DNA of 62,857 nucleotides, filler included, from Thraustochytrium aureum (Eukaryota): NCBI GenBank assembly GCA_012862495.1. It is 6 parts of 5 records of this genome, joined end to end, with 100 filler letters (N's around TTAATTAATTAA, not from the genome) between each part and the next. Parts side by side here need not be neighbours in the genome. Positions count along the whole stretch, not along the records: positions 40,983 to 55,437 come from BLSG01000397.1; positions 55,538 to 59,683 come from BLSG01000400.1; 4 more parts are not named here. One strand, 5' to 3'. Shown piece by piece: positions 46,066 to 58,500 of this stretch (position 1 is its first letter; each line of letters starts with the position of its first letter). The notes under the pieces were generated by a model. It saw only the letters and a program-made list of their open reading frames with translations, ran no database searches and was not told where the DNA came from. The position numbers and the translations under genes were made by a program.

Positions 46066-46397
46066 ACAACGAGATCGCGAGGGCTTGCATGATCTGACCC
46101 AAAACAACAAGACTTGGCTTTGATTCTGTGCGCTGGGCAGTGGCGGGCTGGCGGTCTCTTCAGCTCTACCCTCTCTAGAGAGAGATCGGCCGGCCGGGGG
46201 TTTGATTGTTGTTGCAGGAAAGAGCGACGGCCTGAACCTTCAAGTGAGAACGAAAAAGTACAAGCTCGAGCTCGAGCGAGATTTGAAAAAAAAGTGACGA
46301 CCAACGTTCTGTTCCTATTATTTGTGGGCGGGCGCAAGCGCAGCCGATGAAGGCGGCGCCGCTCGTATTCACGTCAGTCGGCAGGCCGTTCCTTGGC

Positions 46398-48221
46398 TCA
46401 CTTGGAAGCCGCGAGCGCCTTGAGCATGTCGCCCTTGATGCACTCGTCGACAAGAGCAGCGAGATCCTTTTCAACCTGCACAGGGTCGGGCCCGCTGAGC
46501 TCCGTATAGTATTTGAGCTTTGGCTCTGTACCCGACATGCGAAGCGTGGCCACCGTCCCGTTTTCAAAGGTGAAGGTGATCATCTGGCTCGAGCTCGAAA
46601 CCGGGAGCGTGGGCTTGTTCCCTGGCTTGGACGAATCAAAGCCCGGCGAGAGGAGGTCGCGCACATACTTGACCTTGTACTTGCCGTTGGCGTACGACTT
46701 TGCGTACTCGCCGCCATTGCGCAGGCCCTCGAACACGGTCTGGTTGAGCGCCGTATCGTGACTGAGCACGTATCCGTTGTTCGCGACAAAGTACCCGTAC
46801 GTCTTTTGCAGCTCGACGAGGTGCTCTGCGCAGGTGCGGCCGAGCTTGGCCTTGAGCTGGCTGGCCATCTCGGCAAACACGCCCATGGCGGCGATGCCGT
46901 CCTTGTCCGCGACAAGATCGCCCACGCAAAACCCAATCGCTTCCTCGTACGAGAAAATGACGTCGTAGCCTTCCTCGCGGAGCTCGAGGGCCTTGTTTCC
47001 GATCCACTTGAAGCCCGTCAGGCAGTCTTCGAAGAGGAAGCCGTCCTTCTCGCCCATGGCGCGGAGCATCTTGCTGGACACGGTCGAGGCCACCATGGCC
47101 GCGCCCTTGGTTGCTTTGGACCGTTTGGGCGCAGAGCCGTCTGCCCCCGGCGCGGTGTCCGCCTGGTACTGCGTCCACTCCCAGTGGCCGAGGAGTGTGG
47201 CGATCTCGTTCCCGGAGAACACGCGCCAACCAGAGCCATCCGGGCGCTTTTCAGCCACAGCCAGTCGGTCAGCGTCCGGGTCGTTGGCGAGGATCAGCGT
47301 GCAACCGCTCTCGTCGGCGGCCTTGATCGAAAAGTCGAGCGCGCCCTTCTCCTCCGGGTTGGGGAAAGCGGCGGTCGGGAACGTGGCATCCGGCTCGACC
47401 TGCGCCGCGACAGGTACAAAGGGCGGGAGCCCAAAAGTCGCGAATGAACGCACCGCCCAGGGGTATCCGATTCCGTGCATCGCCGTGTATGCCACCTTCA
47501 CCTCGCTCGAGGCGTTCTCAGACTTGAAGCGGCACAGGGACGCTTCGAGTTGGGCATAGTACGCCGCGGCGACCTCCTCGAGGGGATCGATGGCGCCCGC
47601 AGCGCGTACGGACTCGAGTGTGGCGTCTGCCACGCTCGGGGCCCAGGGTTCGAGGTTGGCCTCGATGGCGGCTGCGATGCCCTCGTCGTGCGGCGGGATG
47701 ATCTGGCACCCGTTGCCCCAGTACACCTTGAAGCCGTCGTCCGCGGCGGGGTTGTGCGACGCGGTGACCATCACGCCGGCCGCTGCGCTGAAGCGCGTCG
47801 TTGCGAAGGGCACGAAGGGCGTGGCAACGTACTCGCCGAAGATGTACACCTTAAACCCGCTCGCTTGGAACACGGCGGCTGTCAGGACCGCGAATCTGCG
47901 CGAGGTCAGGGAGCCGCGCTCGCGGTGGTCGAATCCAATCACCAGGCCGCGCTCTTTGGCGGTCTCCTCGCCCAGCTGAGCGATCAGGTACTTGACCATG
48001 CCCTGTGCGGTTTGGATAATGATCAGGTCGTTCATCCTGCTCGTGCCGGGGCCCATCTCTGCGCGCAGCCCCGCCGTGCCGAAGGCAATCCTGCTCCCAA
48101 ACGCGCTCATAATTGCGGCCTCGTCCTTGCAGTCCACCATGGCCTGCACCGCCGCGCGCGTCTCCTCGTTCGGGTCGCGTTTCACCCAGGCCAGCGCCTG
48201 CGCCAGCGCCTCTTCGGCCAT
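46398..48221 (-). CDS. PGM2: Phosphoglucomutase-2/phosphopentomutase
   Basis: FGTAGLR, VMVTASHNP (catalytic Ser), ANDPDADR (metal loop), LTGFKWIG, YEEAIG, RMSGTEPKLKYY. Confidence 0.93.
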   Translation of the reverse strand: MAEEALAQALAWVKRDPNEETRAAVQAMVDCKDEAAIMSAFGSRIAFGTAGLRAEMGPGTSRMNDLIIIQTAQGMVKYLIAQLGEETAKERGLVIGFDHRERGSLTSRRFAVLTAAVFQASGFKVYIFGEYVATPFVPFATTRFSAAAGVMVTASHNPAADDGFKVYWGNGCQIIPPHDEGIAAAIEANLEPWAPSVADATLESVRAAGAIDPLEEVAAAYYAQLEASLCRFKSENASSEVKVAYTAMHGIGYPWAVRSFATFGLPPFVPVAAQVEPDATFPTAAFPNPEEKGALDFSIKAADESGCTLILANDPDADRLAVAEKRPDGSGWRVFSGNEIATLLGHWEWTQYQADTAPGADGSAPKRSKATKGAAMVASTVSSKMLRAMGEKDGFLFEDCLTGFKWIGNKALELREEGYDVIFSYEEAIGFCVGDLVADKDGIAAMGVFAEMASQLKAKLGRTCAEHLVELQKTYGYFVANNGYVLSHDTALNQTVFEGLRNGGEYAKSYANGKYKVKYVRDLLSPGFDSSKPGNKPTLPVSSSSQMITFTFENGTVATLRMSGTEPKLKYYTELSGPDPVQVEKDLAALVDECIKGDMLKALAASK

Positions 48222-48822
48222 GCTGGCAGCGTTTCGTAGATCTGCGCCGCCGGCCGATCGAGTGCGCACTCTGCTCGACCGCGAGCGAGTCTATCTGCAG
48301 TCAGGAAGGCAAGTATCCGCTCTGCGCAGGCGGCCGTCTGGTGACTCTGCGTGGTGGTCTGCTCGCGCGTCTGCTCGTGTTCGGGGTCTGCTTGGGGCTC
48401 TCTGCCCTTCGTTCATTGGCATTCTCTTCTCTCTCTCCTTGGTTGCTTGTTTCCTCCTTCGAGGATGCCGTGAACGACCTCAGAGCGAGCGGGCTCTCTG
48501 CGTGCAGGCTCTCTCGCGTGCCGGCTCCTTGCGTGCGCAACCTAAGTAGCTCGAGCTAGAGGCTCGAGGTGCCGTGAATGGACTGGTGTGCGCGGAGGCC
48601 GCCTCGTGCGCAGCGACGGTGGTTGGTGGAGGGGGGCGCCGCCTTTGCTTTGGCTTGCCATCGCGCAGTCCACGGCAAGTCTTACTTACGCAACCTGTAG
48701 ACAACTCTACTGTGCGTCATTAGCTCGGAGGGTGATCCTCGCAGGCTGGCCCGCAGAATGAACACCACGCAGTCGCCTGGATGCGTTTCTATTTTACTCC
48801 TAATACAGCGGCGCCTCGCCAC

Positions 48823-49648
48823 CTAGTCGTTCTTGCACGGCCCCGTCGGGGCTTGCGCAGCGAGCGGCTGCTTCCAGGGCATCCAGGAACGAAACCAGAG
48901 CATGCGCGGGGCGTACGCGAGGCTGTCAGCGCCGTCGTACGCGCGGCCGTAGTACACCGTGTCGCAAACGACGTCCATGATCCCGAGGAAACCAAAGTTC
49001 TTCTCAAAGTGGTGGTGGTGCTCGTAGTGGAACCCGCGGTCCAAGACGCCCTCAGAGTCGTGGGCGAACACGCTCCACGCGAGCAGGAAGACGCCAAAAA
49101 CGTACTGCGTGAACACCGACACTGGCCAGAACAGACTCACCACGTTGGCTGCTTGCGCAAAGATGAGGGCCTCGGCCCAGTGGATCGCCTGCGCTGCAAA
49201 GCTTGTGGGAACGCGGAACACGTGGTGCGGGTGGTGGAACTGGTAAATGTTGATAGGCTTGCGCATGTGCAGCGTCCGGTGCACAAAATAGGCAACGACT
49301 TCAAAGCAGGACAACCAAACGACGGCCTCGACAAGCGCGCCACCAAACGAGTCGGGGAAAATCGGCGCCAGAAATCCCCACCGCACGGGGTAGGCCCACT
49401 TGAGCCATCCAAGCGAGTAGCACGTCGAGAAGACCACGGCCAGCACCGACTCGGACAGCTCCTGCTTGCACTGTGCCCACCGAGCCTTCTCGCCTCGCTT
49501 GGTGTTGCTCACCTCTACAGCGCAGCACAGCGCGCTCATGCTCACGAAGAACACCACGCACGTCAGCGCCACATCCACCACGCTGTCCGGCCTCGCAAAC
49601 GTCGCCACGGCCCAGTCTGCAGCCCGGCCCACCTCGACGCCAACTCGA
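48823..49648 (-). CDS. Sterol desaturase/fatty acid hydroxylase family (ERG3-like); 5' end in gap
   Basis: His boxes HRTLH, FHHPHH, AHD...FHYEHH followed by NFG...MDVVCDT. Confidence 0.88.
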
Positions 49649-50363
49649 NNNNNNNNNNNNNNNNNNNNNNNNNNNNNNNNNNNNNNNNNNNNNNNNNNNN
49701 NNNNNNNNNNNNNNNNNNNNNNNNNNNNNNNNNNNNNNNNNNNNNNNNNNNNNNNNNNNNNNNNNNNNNNNNNNNNNNNNNNNNNNNNNNNNNNNNNNNN
49801 NNNNNNNNNNNNNNNNNNNNNNNNNNNNNNNNNNNNNNNNNNNNNNNNNNNNNNNNNNNNNNNNNNNNNNNNNNNNNNNNNNNNNNNNNNNACCCCGCTG
49901 CCTTTTGGCCCGGTGGCACAAGGCAGATTGGGCGCCTCCCGCAGCCCCTGCAGATCTTCCAGCGCCTCGAGCGCTCGCTCGCATCGAGTCTACTCGGCCC
50001 ATGTCCCCTCTTCCTCTTTCCCCCATTGCAAGAATTGTCAATTAAGGCGGTTCACCCGCGGCACTTTTAAGGAGCCGCGCCCTCCGCCAGGCCGGAACAA
50101 AGGCGACACAAGGGGTCCACAATGACGAAGGCGAACGCGAGGCGCCGCGTGATGGGGTGCTCCTCGTGACGTGACATGGGTCGGACACGTGGTTGGTTGC
50201 GGCAGAGTGGCTTCGAGGCAGCGCGGGCCGCTCCGAGGCAGAGCCGCATCGAGGCAGAGCCGCATCGAGGCGCGCGAGGGCCGCGGCGGTCGGTGCCTGC
50301 AGCGGTGGATTGTGCCGGCGTTGTTTGCGCTGTTTTTTGGTTTGTTGCTACGGAGCAAGCATC

Positions 50364-52361
50364 ATGGGGAAGAGCAAGATGAAGAACAAGAAAGTGCCGC
50401 ACGGCCTCGGCGCGGCGCTCGTGAAAGGACAGCGCAGGGCCAAGGCCGCCACGCGGCAGCAACGCAAGAACGGCGAGGAGACGATCGGGGAGCTCGGGTT
50501 TGAGAGCGTCGGCGGAACGAAGAAATCGGTCACGGAAACGAACGACCTCGAGTCGTTCTTGGCGGACGCTGTCATGGCAGGGAGAACGTTCGCGGCGCAC
50601 AGGGAGTCGCGCGTGATCGAACTCTCGAACGAGGCCGCGGAGGGACAAGTGGGGTCCGCCTCGGCCCCAGCGCCGAGCGCCATCGCGGCACGCCTCGGCG
50701 GCGAACCTGACGACGAGTCGACGCCGACCTTTGACTTTCGCAGCTTGCCGATTCCGCGTCGGCCGCCCTGGACGCGCGACATGACTGCCGCTGAGCTCGA
50801 CCTGCGCGAGAAGGAGGCCTTTATGGCCTGGCGGCGCGGGATCGCTAAACTCGAGGCGAGCAACCCCGGCCTGCAGTCCAGCCCTTTTGAGAAAAACCTG
50901 GACTACTGGCGTCAACTGTGGCGAGTGGTGGAGCGCAGCGAGCTGGTGGTGCAGGTCGTCGACGCGCGCAACCCGCTTCTGTTTCGCTGCCCTGACGTTG
51001 AGGCCTTCACGGAAGAGACCGGGGCGCACAAGATGAGCCTGTTGCTGATCAACAAGGCGGACTTCCTCACGCCAGAGCTGCGCACGGCGTGGCGCGACTA
51101 CTTTGTCAAGCACGGGATTAGCTTTGTGTACTTTAGCGCCAAGCTCGAGCAGAAGCGGCTCGACGCGGGCGAGCCGGACCCTGCTCTGCACCGCCTCAAG
51201 GTTGAGGCTCGGGAGAGGGAGGCAACCCCCGGCACAGAGACGGTCGAGGACATTGTGCACAGCACTGACGAGCTTCTGAGTCGCATGGAGCTGCTTGAGG
51301 TTCTTGAGCGGCTCGCGGCAGCCATTCGCAGGCGCGCAGCAAGTACAGAACCCGGCCTCGCCGAGCCCTCCGAAGAGCACGCCGGCGAAGCCGCCCAGAA
51401 CGCCCACAAGGCTTCCGTCGGTATGATTGGGTACCCGAACGTGGGCAAGAGCAGTGTGATTAATGTGCTCTTTGGCGTGACTGCGACGGACCACACCTCG
51501 GCCCGCGTTTCGGTGGCCGCGACCCCGGGCCACACCAAGCACTTTCAGACGCTGCACCTCTCAGACGGAACGATCCTCTGCGACTGCCCTGGGCTCGTGT
51601 TTCCGACGTTCATGAGCACGAAGGCTGACCTGCTTTGCAACGGAATCCTGCCGATCGACGAGATCCGGGGCCGCGACTTTTTCCCTGCGATCCAGATCGT
51701 TGCGCGGTGCATCCCGCGCAGCGTCTTTGAAGAGACCTACGTGATGCAGCTCCCGCTCGTGCCTGGGATCAAGCGCGTCCCCGCGGACATGTTGATCGAG
51801 AGCTACTGCGAGAAGCGCGGGCTCTTCGGGAGCGGCCACGGTCGCTACCACGAGTCGCACGGCGCGCGGATCCTGCTCAAGGACTTTGTGAACGGCAAGC
51901 TCTGCTACTGCTGCAGCCCGCCGGTGGACCCAGACCACGGCTCCGCTGCTGCGCCGATGGTGTCTGTCGGCGGCCTGGACTCCCACGTAGGGCTCGTCGA
52001 GGAGGGCGCCGAGCAGGGCGAGATCGACCCAACGGAGGAATTCGGGCTCGAGGTGGTTGCGGAGGCCGCCGGGGCGTTGACGACGAGGGTCGCGCCGGAC
52101 GCCGAGGTGACAGAGGAGGACCTCGCGCTCTTGTTAGACGACGAGCAGCTGCTCTACACCGAGTCGATCAAGATCGACAAGGCGCTCGCCAAGAAAGAAA
52201 AGATGAGCCAGATGTCTGGCAAGAAGCCGAGGTCCGGTCGCGGGTACAAGAACCGCCACGCAGACCCGTACGGCTCTGGCGACTATTTTGAGGCGCATGT
52301 CAAGGGACGGACCGCTGCCCAGCCCTTCACGCGGGTGGAGAGGCCTTGGGCGCCAACTTGA
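50364..52361 (+). CDS. LSG1: Large subunit GTPase 1 (60S maturation)
   Basis: PFEKNLDYWRQLWRVVERS, NKADFL, GYPNVGKSS, TPGHTKHFQT, DCPGLVFP (circularly permuted GTPase). Confidence 0.95.
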   Translation: MGKSKMKNKKVPHGLGAALVKGQRRAKAATRQQRKNGEETIGELGFESVGGTKKSVTETNDLESFLADAVMAGRTFAAHRESRVIELSNEAAEGQVGSASAPAPSAIAARLGGEPDDESTPTFDFRSLPIPRRPPWTRDMTAAELDLREKEAFMAWRRGIAKLEASNPGLQSSPFEKNLDYWRQLWRVVERSELVVQVVDARNPLLFRCPDVEAFTEETGAHKMSLLLINKADFLTPELRTAWRDYFVKHGISFVYFSAKLEQKRLDAGEPDPALHRLKVEAREREATPGTETVEDIVHSTDELLSRMELLEVLERLAAAIRRRAASTEPGLAEPSEEHAGEAAQNAHKASVGMIGYPNVGKSSVINVLFGVTATDHTSARVSVAATPGHTKHFQTLHLSDGTILCDCPGLVFPTFMSTKADLLCNGILPIDEIRGRDFFPAIQIVARCIPRSVFEETYVMQLPLVPGIKRVPADMLIESYCEKRGLFGSGHGRYHESHGARILLKDFVNGKLCYCCSPPVDPDHGSAAAPMVSVGGLDSHVGLVEEGAEQGEIDPTEEFGLEVVAEAAGALTTRVAPDAEVTEEDLALLLDDEQLLYTESIKIDKALAKKEKMSQMSGKKPRSGRGYKNRHADPYGSGDYFEAHVKGRTAAQPFTRVERPWAPT

Positions 52362-52537
52362 GTCGCTGCAACGATGCAACCGGCTACATGTGTGATGAGA
52401 GATTGTACATTCCAGACTAGTCACCACCGCACTGCCTGGAAAAAGGAAGGTCTGCCTGCCTGGCTGCCTGCCTGGCTGCCTGCCTGTCTGAGTGAGGGCT
52501 GTGGGCAATCGCGGTGGTAAAGGTAGATGAAGAAAAG

Positions 52538-53376
52538 TCAAACCAGCTCAAAGCCGTCGACCTGGCCCTCAAGACCTGGCCCGCTCTTGTCCGCCTTTCG
52601 GCCAGCGCGCACGCGGGACCAGCCGCGCATGTCGGCGTCCTCGACGCTCGAGACGGACAACCCGTCAGTGTCAAAGCCCGACGCGCCGTCTGCGAGCTGC
52701 TCTTCCGAGAATTCGTCCGCGTCAAGGAGGCTCGAGGCCTCCTCGTCGGGCCAGTTCTGCAGGGGCGACGCCGAGGTCGAAGAGACCCGGCTGCGCTTCG
52801 CGTCTGAAGCGGCCAGGAGCGAAGAACGAGCCGCGGCGTCTGTCGGCTGCTGCTCCTGCTCCTGCTGCTGCGGCGGCGGCGGCGGCTGCTGTTGCTGCTG
52901 CTTGCCCTTTGTCGGGGCGGCAAGGCTGGAGCTGGCGTGGTCGTCGACTGCCTCAATAAACTGCTCCGCAAATTGCAGCGTCTTCTTGGCTCCGTTGTAC
53001 AGGAGGCGCGACACGATGCTCAGGTCGTCGGAAAAACCTGCCTTTGCTCGGGCCTGGGCCTGGGCGTCGTCGTCGCGCTCGCGCTTGACGCCCTTGTTGA
53101 GGTCTTCATCAGTCACGACTTCTTCCTTCGCCTCCGAGTCTGGCGCAGAAGGAGGCGCATCGCCGGCTGCGGTATGCCGCGCCTCCTCCTCGCGGCTGGA
53201 TTTGGGAGCGACGAGATCTGCCTCGCTGCCCTCCTTTGGCGCTCCAAGACAGTGTTGATCCGCAATGAGCCCAAAATAGACCTGCCAAAACCGATCGTCT
53301 GGCATGTGAGAAGGGCTGAGCTCGAACCGGAGCTGGTCAAACGCCGGGATGGCCTGGATCATGCTCTTGGCGTGGC
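52538..53376 (-). CDS. BSD-domain protein; 5' end in gap
   Basis: HAKSMIQAIPAFDQLRFELSPSHMPDDRFWQVYF is a BSD domain, followed by a disordered acidic tail. Confidence 0.8.
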
Positions 53377-53729
53377 NNNNNNNNNNNNNNNNNNNNNNNN
53401 NNNNNNNNNNNNNNNNNNNNNNNNNNNNNNNNNNNNNNNNNNNNNNNNNNNNNNNNNNNNNNNNNNNNNNNNNNNNNNNNNNNNNNNNNNNNNNNNNNNN
53501 NNNNNNNNNNNNNNNNNNNNNNNNNNNNNNNNNNNNNNNNNNNNNNNNNNNNNNNNNNNNNNNNNNNNNNNNNNNNNNNNNNNNNNNNNNNNNNNNNNNN
53601 NNNNNNNNNNNNNNNNNNNNNNNNNNNNNNNNNNNNNNNNNNNNNNNNNNNNNNNNNNNNNNNNNNNNNNNNNNNNNNNNNNNNNNNNNNNNNNNNNNNN
53701 NNNNNNNNNNNNNNNNNNNACGGACCGCT

Positions 53730-53815
53730 GGACGGCTGGCTGGCTGGATGGACGGATGGTTGGATGGATCGATCGATCGATGGATCGATGGACGGCCCAA
53801 TGGCTCGGTGGATGG
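53730..53815. repeat. GGAT/CGAT tetranucleotide microsatellite
   Basis: Visible tandem GGAT/CGAT units. Confidence 0.75.
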
Positions 53816-54478
53816 CCGGACTGCCCCGCGTCCCTCTCGCTGTTCTCTGTTGTGCCGCCGTCAGAACGGGTCGGCCTGGTGATGGTGGTGAGGCAGAGCG
53901 AGTGGGAGGGAGGGGCGCACTCCGATGCCGCACTGGCAGGAGGCAGAGGCTGGACTGGCCGTCAAGCAAGCTCCTCAGCTGGCAGGTGGACGCGAATCTA
54001 CTCCCTCGATTTCAAGTTGAACCGTTCAAGTCTTCGCGCTGCGAGCTGAATGATCTCTGATCGGGAAGCGGGACGCCTGCCAGTGGCTGGAAAGATACCT
54101 CTTGCAAGGTAAGCGAGGCGAGTGAGCAGTGCACCGGCAGGAGGGGAGGAGGGAGGAGGGAGGAGGGAGGTAGATACTCTACGCGTCTGCAACGCATTCT
54201 CTCCGTCCCATCCGGGTCCGAGCTGTCTGCGCTCGCACCGTTCAGAGTCGGCGTGGGGGTTTCTTGCACTCGGTTGCTCGCACTCTGCTTTTTCGTTCTT
54301 TTTTACCTTTTTTTTCGCAATTTTTTTTCAGAGAAAAAAGAAATTTCTCCATTGCCCGTGGAGGAAGCTTCTTTCATTCGTTATTTCTTTTGTTCTTTTG
54401 CTCGTTCGTTCGTTCGTTGGTTTGTTGGTTTGTTTGGAGAGAGGCGGCGAGACACGGTCATTGTTGGTTTTGACGCGG

Positions 54479-55096
54479 ATGCGGGCGGCGCGAGGCGGCG
54501 AGGCCAAGCGGCCCCGAGGCCCGGCTAAGAGGCCTGCCCTGGACGCCACCCTGCTTGCTCTCATTGTTGTCGAGTATGTGGACTGGGCAGGCTTGACGGA
54601 CGACGCAGCGCTCGCCTTGGCGCAGTGGTGCGTGCCTGCCATGCGGCGCGTCGACGCACGCCAGACCGCGATGACCGTGCCCGGCGTGATCAGAGTATGC
54701 GCGCTGATGCGCGGAATGCTGCGAGAGCTCGTGGTCACGGGGTTGGACCTTGGCGACGACCTGCTTGTTGCAGAACTGGCTTGCGCTTGCCCGAGAATCG
54801 TCAAGCTGGGCGCGGCGCGGTCGGGGCTACGGGATGGTGGCATGGCGGCCTTTGTGCGCGAGTGCCCCAACCTAAGTGCCGTTGATGTGTCCTGGTGCGC
54901 TGAGCTGAGCGCCCAAGGCATAGCTGCTCTCGCCGACCTCAAGCACCTCGAAGAGGTTCGCCTGGACTGGGTCACCAGCGCTTGCGACGACTCGCTGAGA
55001 ACGCTACTTGGCATCGAGACTATGCGGCGCGTCTACTGCTCGAGCACACGCATCGCCATGGCTTCCAGCCGCCCCGACGTCGCCGTCCTGCGATAG
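54479..55096 (+). CDS. Small RNI-like/F-box-type leucine-rich-repeat protein
   Basis: CPRIVKL, ECPNLSAVDVSWCAELSAQGI, HLEEVRLDW: cysteine-containing LRRs. Confidence 0.7.
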   Translation: MRAARGGEAKRPRGPAKRPALDATLLALIVVEYVDWAGLTDDAALALAQWCVPAMRRVDARQTAMTVPGVIRVCALMRGMLRELVVTGLDLGDDLLVAELACACPRIVKLGAARSGLRDGGMAAFVRECPNLSAVDVSWCAELSAQGIAALADLKHLEEVRLDWVTSACDDSLRTLLGIETMRRVYCSSTRIAMASSRPDVAVLR

Positions 55097-55537
55097 CCCG
55101 TCGCGGTCGCTGTATGCTGCGCAAGAGGGCGCCTCGCCAAATCGTCGCGCTGGCTGTCGCGCTGGCTGTCGCGCTGGCTGTCGCGCTGGCTTGGGGCAAC
55201 CCAGCCCCTTGTCGTCCAGCGGAGCATTGTGGCGAAGGACCGCCGCGCCTGCTGCTTCGTAGCGCTCGACGTCGCGCGAGTCAGCCTTGCGCCCGAGTCG
55301 CTTGGCACGGCTCGAACGCGCCCAAGCAGGTTGAGCTCGCACTTGCCAGCGCGACGGCTCGCACTTGCCAGCGCGACGGCTCGACGGCGCAGCACCGCCG
55401 CTGACCCGGCCACGTTCCCGAGGACGAAATGACATGCNNNNNNNNNNNNNNNNNNNNNNNNNNNNNNNNNNNNNNNNNNNNTTAATTAATTAANNNNNNN
55501 NNNNNNNNNNNNNNNNNNNNNNNNNNNNNNNNNNNNN

Positions 55538-58500
55538 CGGCTTCAGCCTTCAGAGGGTTGTCGCTTGCAACGGAAACTGTCCCGTCAGGGGCACCTGCGG
55601 CTCGCGCCCGAGCGCGCTGCACGAGAACAGCAGCCGCAACGATCGAAGCAAGCGCAATCGCGCCACCTCCAGCCGCTACGCCAATGACCCAAGCCTCGAC
55701 GGCATTTGCGGCGCCAGAGCCTCCTGGCGCCGCAGTTGGTGATCCGGTAGGCATCGTCGTAGCGCTACTCGCGCTGCCGAGGAACGCAGAGCCTCCACAA
55801 ACCTGTCCGAATAACAGTGCGGCTGGGACGCCGCCTTCTGCGCCAGAAAGAATCGCGCGGTCGCCTGCGAGTGAAACAGACTTGCCAACTGTGGTGCACG
55901 TGCTCCCGGAGCCGATGAACCGGAATTGCACGGAGACCGGAACGCCCTCGCCAGCAGGCCAAGCCGAGCCAAGTCGGAGTCGCCACCGCGAGAAGGGGGA
56001 CGGCAGCACTCCGGATTCTGACGGGTCCAGCGTGGTCTGCTGCGTGGCGCAGACGGCCGTACCGTTGATCGTGGCTCGTTCGCCCACGGTGCATGTCCCG
56101 TCGGGACCAGCTGGGACATACTCGAACACGAAGCGGAACCCGGCGCCAGACTCGACTGCAAAGGCCGACTCCACAACAGGCGCGTTTGAAATCCCGTCGG
56201 CGTATCGGAAAAAGGTTGGAGAGCTGTCAGCAAACAGCTCGAGCTTAGTCGCGGCGCCAGACCGCGGCAGCAAGCCTCCCGCCGCGTCGCGCAGCACGAC
56301 CTGAACGCTCGACAGCTCCGAAAGCCAAAGGCATTCGCCAGGATCAGCAAAAGAGCTCGTCACGACGTCGGCCAAGACTGGCGCGCCCTCGATGAGCTCC
56401 CGCATCGCGCGAGGGGAGGCGAGGCCGCACTCCCCGAAGCGGTTGCTCTCCACTTGGCGCGAAGCCAGAGGGTTCACCCACCCCTGACGAACCACGCCCA
56501 AGAAAGAGACAAACCTCTCCACCGCTTCGCCAGCTGTTGCAAGGACAGGCGCGGAGACTTTCAGCACAACGGGGTCCACAGGGATCACGCAAGGCCCGGT
56601 CGCGCAGCCCGCGATCCTGGCCACGGTGACGTCGTTCACGCTGATGTCGACGATTTCTTCGTCGCCTCCGAGCACAACGCTCAACTCGCTCAGGAACGAC
56701 GCATCGACGACCTCGAGTGTGGCCTCCCACAGGTCAAAGAAGGGCACGCGCGCGCACGTCGCGCTTTCCTCGTCGACGGCCTTCCAGGCCTGCGGCCATC
56801 CGTACGGCTGGAAGGCCGAATAGACGCGGACGGCGCCTCCAAGAGAGTCCTTCGCCTCCACGGAGCATACCGAAGCCGTCCCTGTTGAGTTGATTCGGAC
56901 AATGTTGGCCTGCTCGACGCCAGAGTCCCCGCGTGCCGAGGCCGCAGCTGTATCAACCGCGCACGAGGCTGGCTCGAAGCCCGACACGCCTGCGAGAGTC
57001 GCGTTCGGGAATGCGAAGCGGAACATTTGGCACGTGCGCTGCGCCACTTGAAGGAGAGACGCCTGCGCGCGAAGCACTGCGCTACGGAGCAGCGCGTCGC
57101 CGGAGAGCTGGACGTGGCTTCCACCTTGGTCGAGCAGGGCTTTCCATCCACGCGCAAGCGGAACAGGGTCGGCCGCGCGAGACTCGATCGCCTCAGCGGC
57201 GCGAACCAGCGCCCCGTTCAGCCCGACGCCGGCCGCCGACGCCCGCTGGAGCGCCTCGAGAACGGGCACGCAGGGGTCGATCACGCTCGACACGTCCTTG
57301 TCAAGCAAGACGCGGCGCAGGGGCCCGTCGGCAGCGCGGCCGACGGGGCGTTGCGCCAAGCGCTTCGCCATGCTGGCAGAGTCGAGCTTTCGCCTATCCG
57401 CACTGGCGCCGGTGCTGGGGATCGAGCACACTTGGTTGTCGGTCGTGAGCACGCTCGAGCCCAGCAGGTGCAGCGCATCCCAGCCGAGGCCAAGCGTGGG
57501 CTTGAGGAGTTCGCGCGCCGAGTCGAGGCGGTTTGCATCCGTGTTGCGGCCCGAAACGGCCGCTGCGGCCGATTGAAGAATGTAGGCAACGCCGCTGAGC
57601 GAGCGGGCCGCGACGGCGTCGAGCGCCGTTGACGTAAGCACTTCATAGTTGTCACCTAGTTCCGAGATGCCCCTGCCGCGCGACTCAAAGTCTCGCAAAG
57701 CGTCCCGCGCTTCGATATACGCGCCGATGGCTTCCACAATGTCGCTAGCCCCGAGATGCGCAAACGTCACGGCGACGGCGCGGAGGGGGTCCGAGGACGG
57801 CGACACCGGAAAGGGGACCACGGGCGTCGGGGCGTCTCGCCCAGCAGCCAGCCGGAGATGCGCTCCACTGTGCTCTCGACCGAAACGGACACGAGGTCGA
57901 GGCTCGCCTGGACCTGCGCAAAGGCGAGGCTAGCGCGAGCGACCTCGTCATCCTGGTCCGTGACGTCCACAAATTCTTGAATGAATGGCCCCAGGGCAGT
58001 CAGCAGGATGCCGCTCACTTGCCTGAACTCGTTGGTCGCCGACCGCAGCTCAATGGCACTCGCGTTTAGCGCATCGACGGCCGTGGCGATCGACGTCGCG
58101 TCCGGGTTGACAGCTTGCTCGAGCATAGCAAGCGCGACCGCAACACCATCGAACAAATCGGGCGAGGTGCTCCCCGCGCGCAGAGCTGCCTCAGCTGCAA
58201 GCGTCTTGCTCTCTAGCTCAACCCCAGCGCTGTACACCGAGTCAAAGTACCCCACGAGCGTGTCTGGGACGGCGACGGCCGGCTCGCGGCCAACGCTGAT
58301 CTGGGCCGCGGCGCGGTCTGCGTGCCACCGAGCGAGAAAGGGCTGCATTTCCTCGGGTGTCGTCGCCCCCGCGAGGTCGACCATGGCCGCGACTTCGTCG
58401 AGAGCGTTCTCCATGTCCTCCGGCGATCCGCCCGATTGGTAGTAGATCAGCGCGCAGTTGGCGCTGGAGAGCAGGTGAGCGAGCGCAGCAGGGTTCTCCG

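Noticed and set aside
9263..49648. Lipid/retinoid gene cluster (5-alpha-reductase, carotenoid oxygenase, thioesterase, RETSAT-like, sterol desaturase)
   Set aside because: The genes are spread over 40 kb among unrelated housekeeping genes and across linkers; no evidence of clustering.
12890..55382. Short direct duplications (about 12890-12936, 13934-13972, 24303-24356, 55145-55190, 55336-55383)
   Set aside because: Local 12-24-bp slippage duplications near gene ends with no shared sequence; not target-site duplications of any visible element.
114..57832. Genome-wide programmed ribosomal frameshifting (Euplotes-like)
   Set aside because: No shared slippery-plus-stop motif; shifts go in both directions at generic homopolymers.
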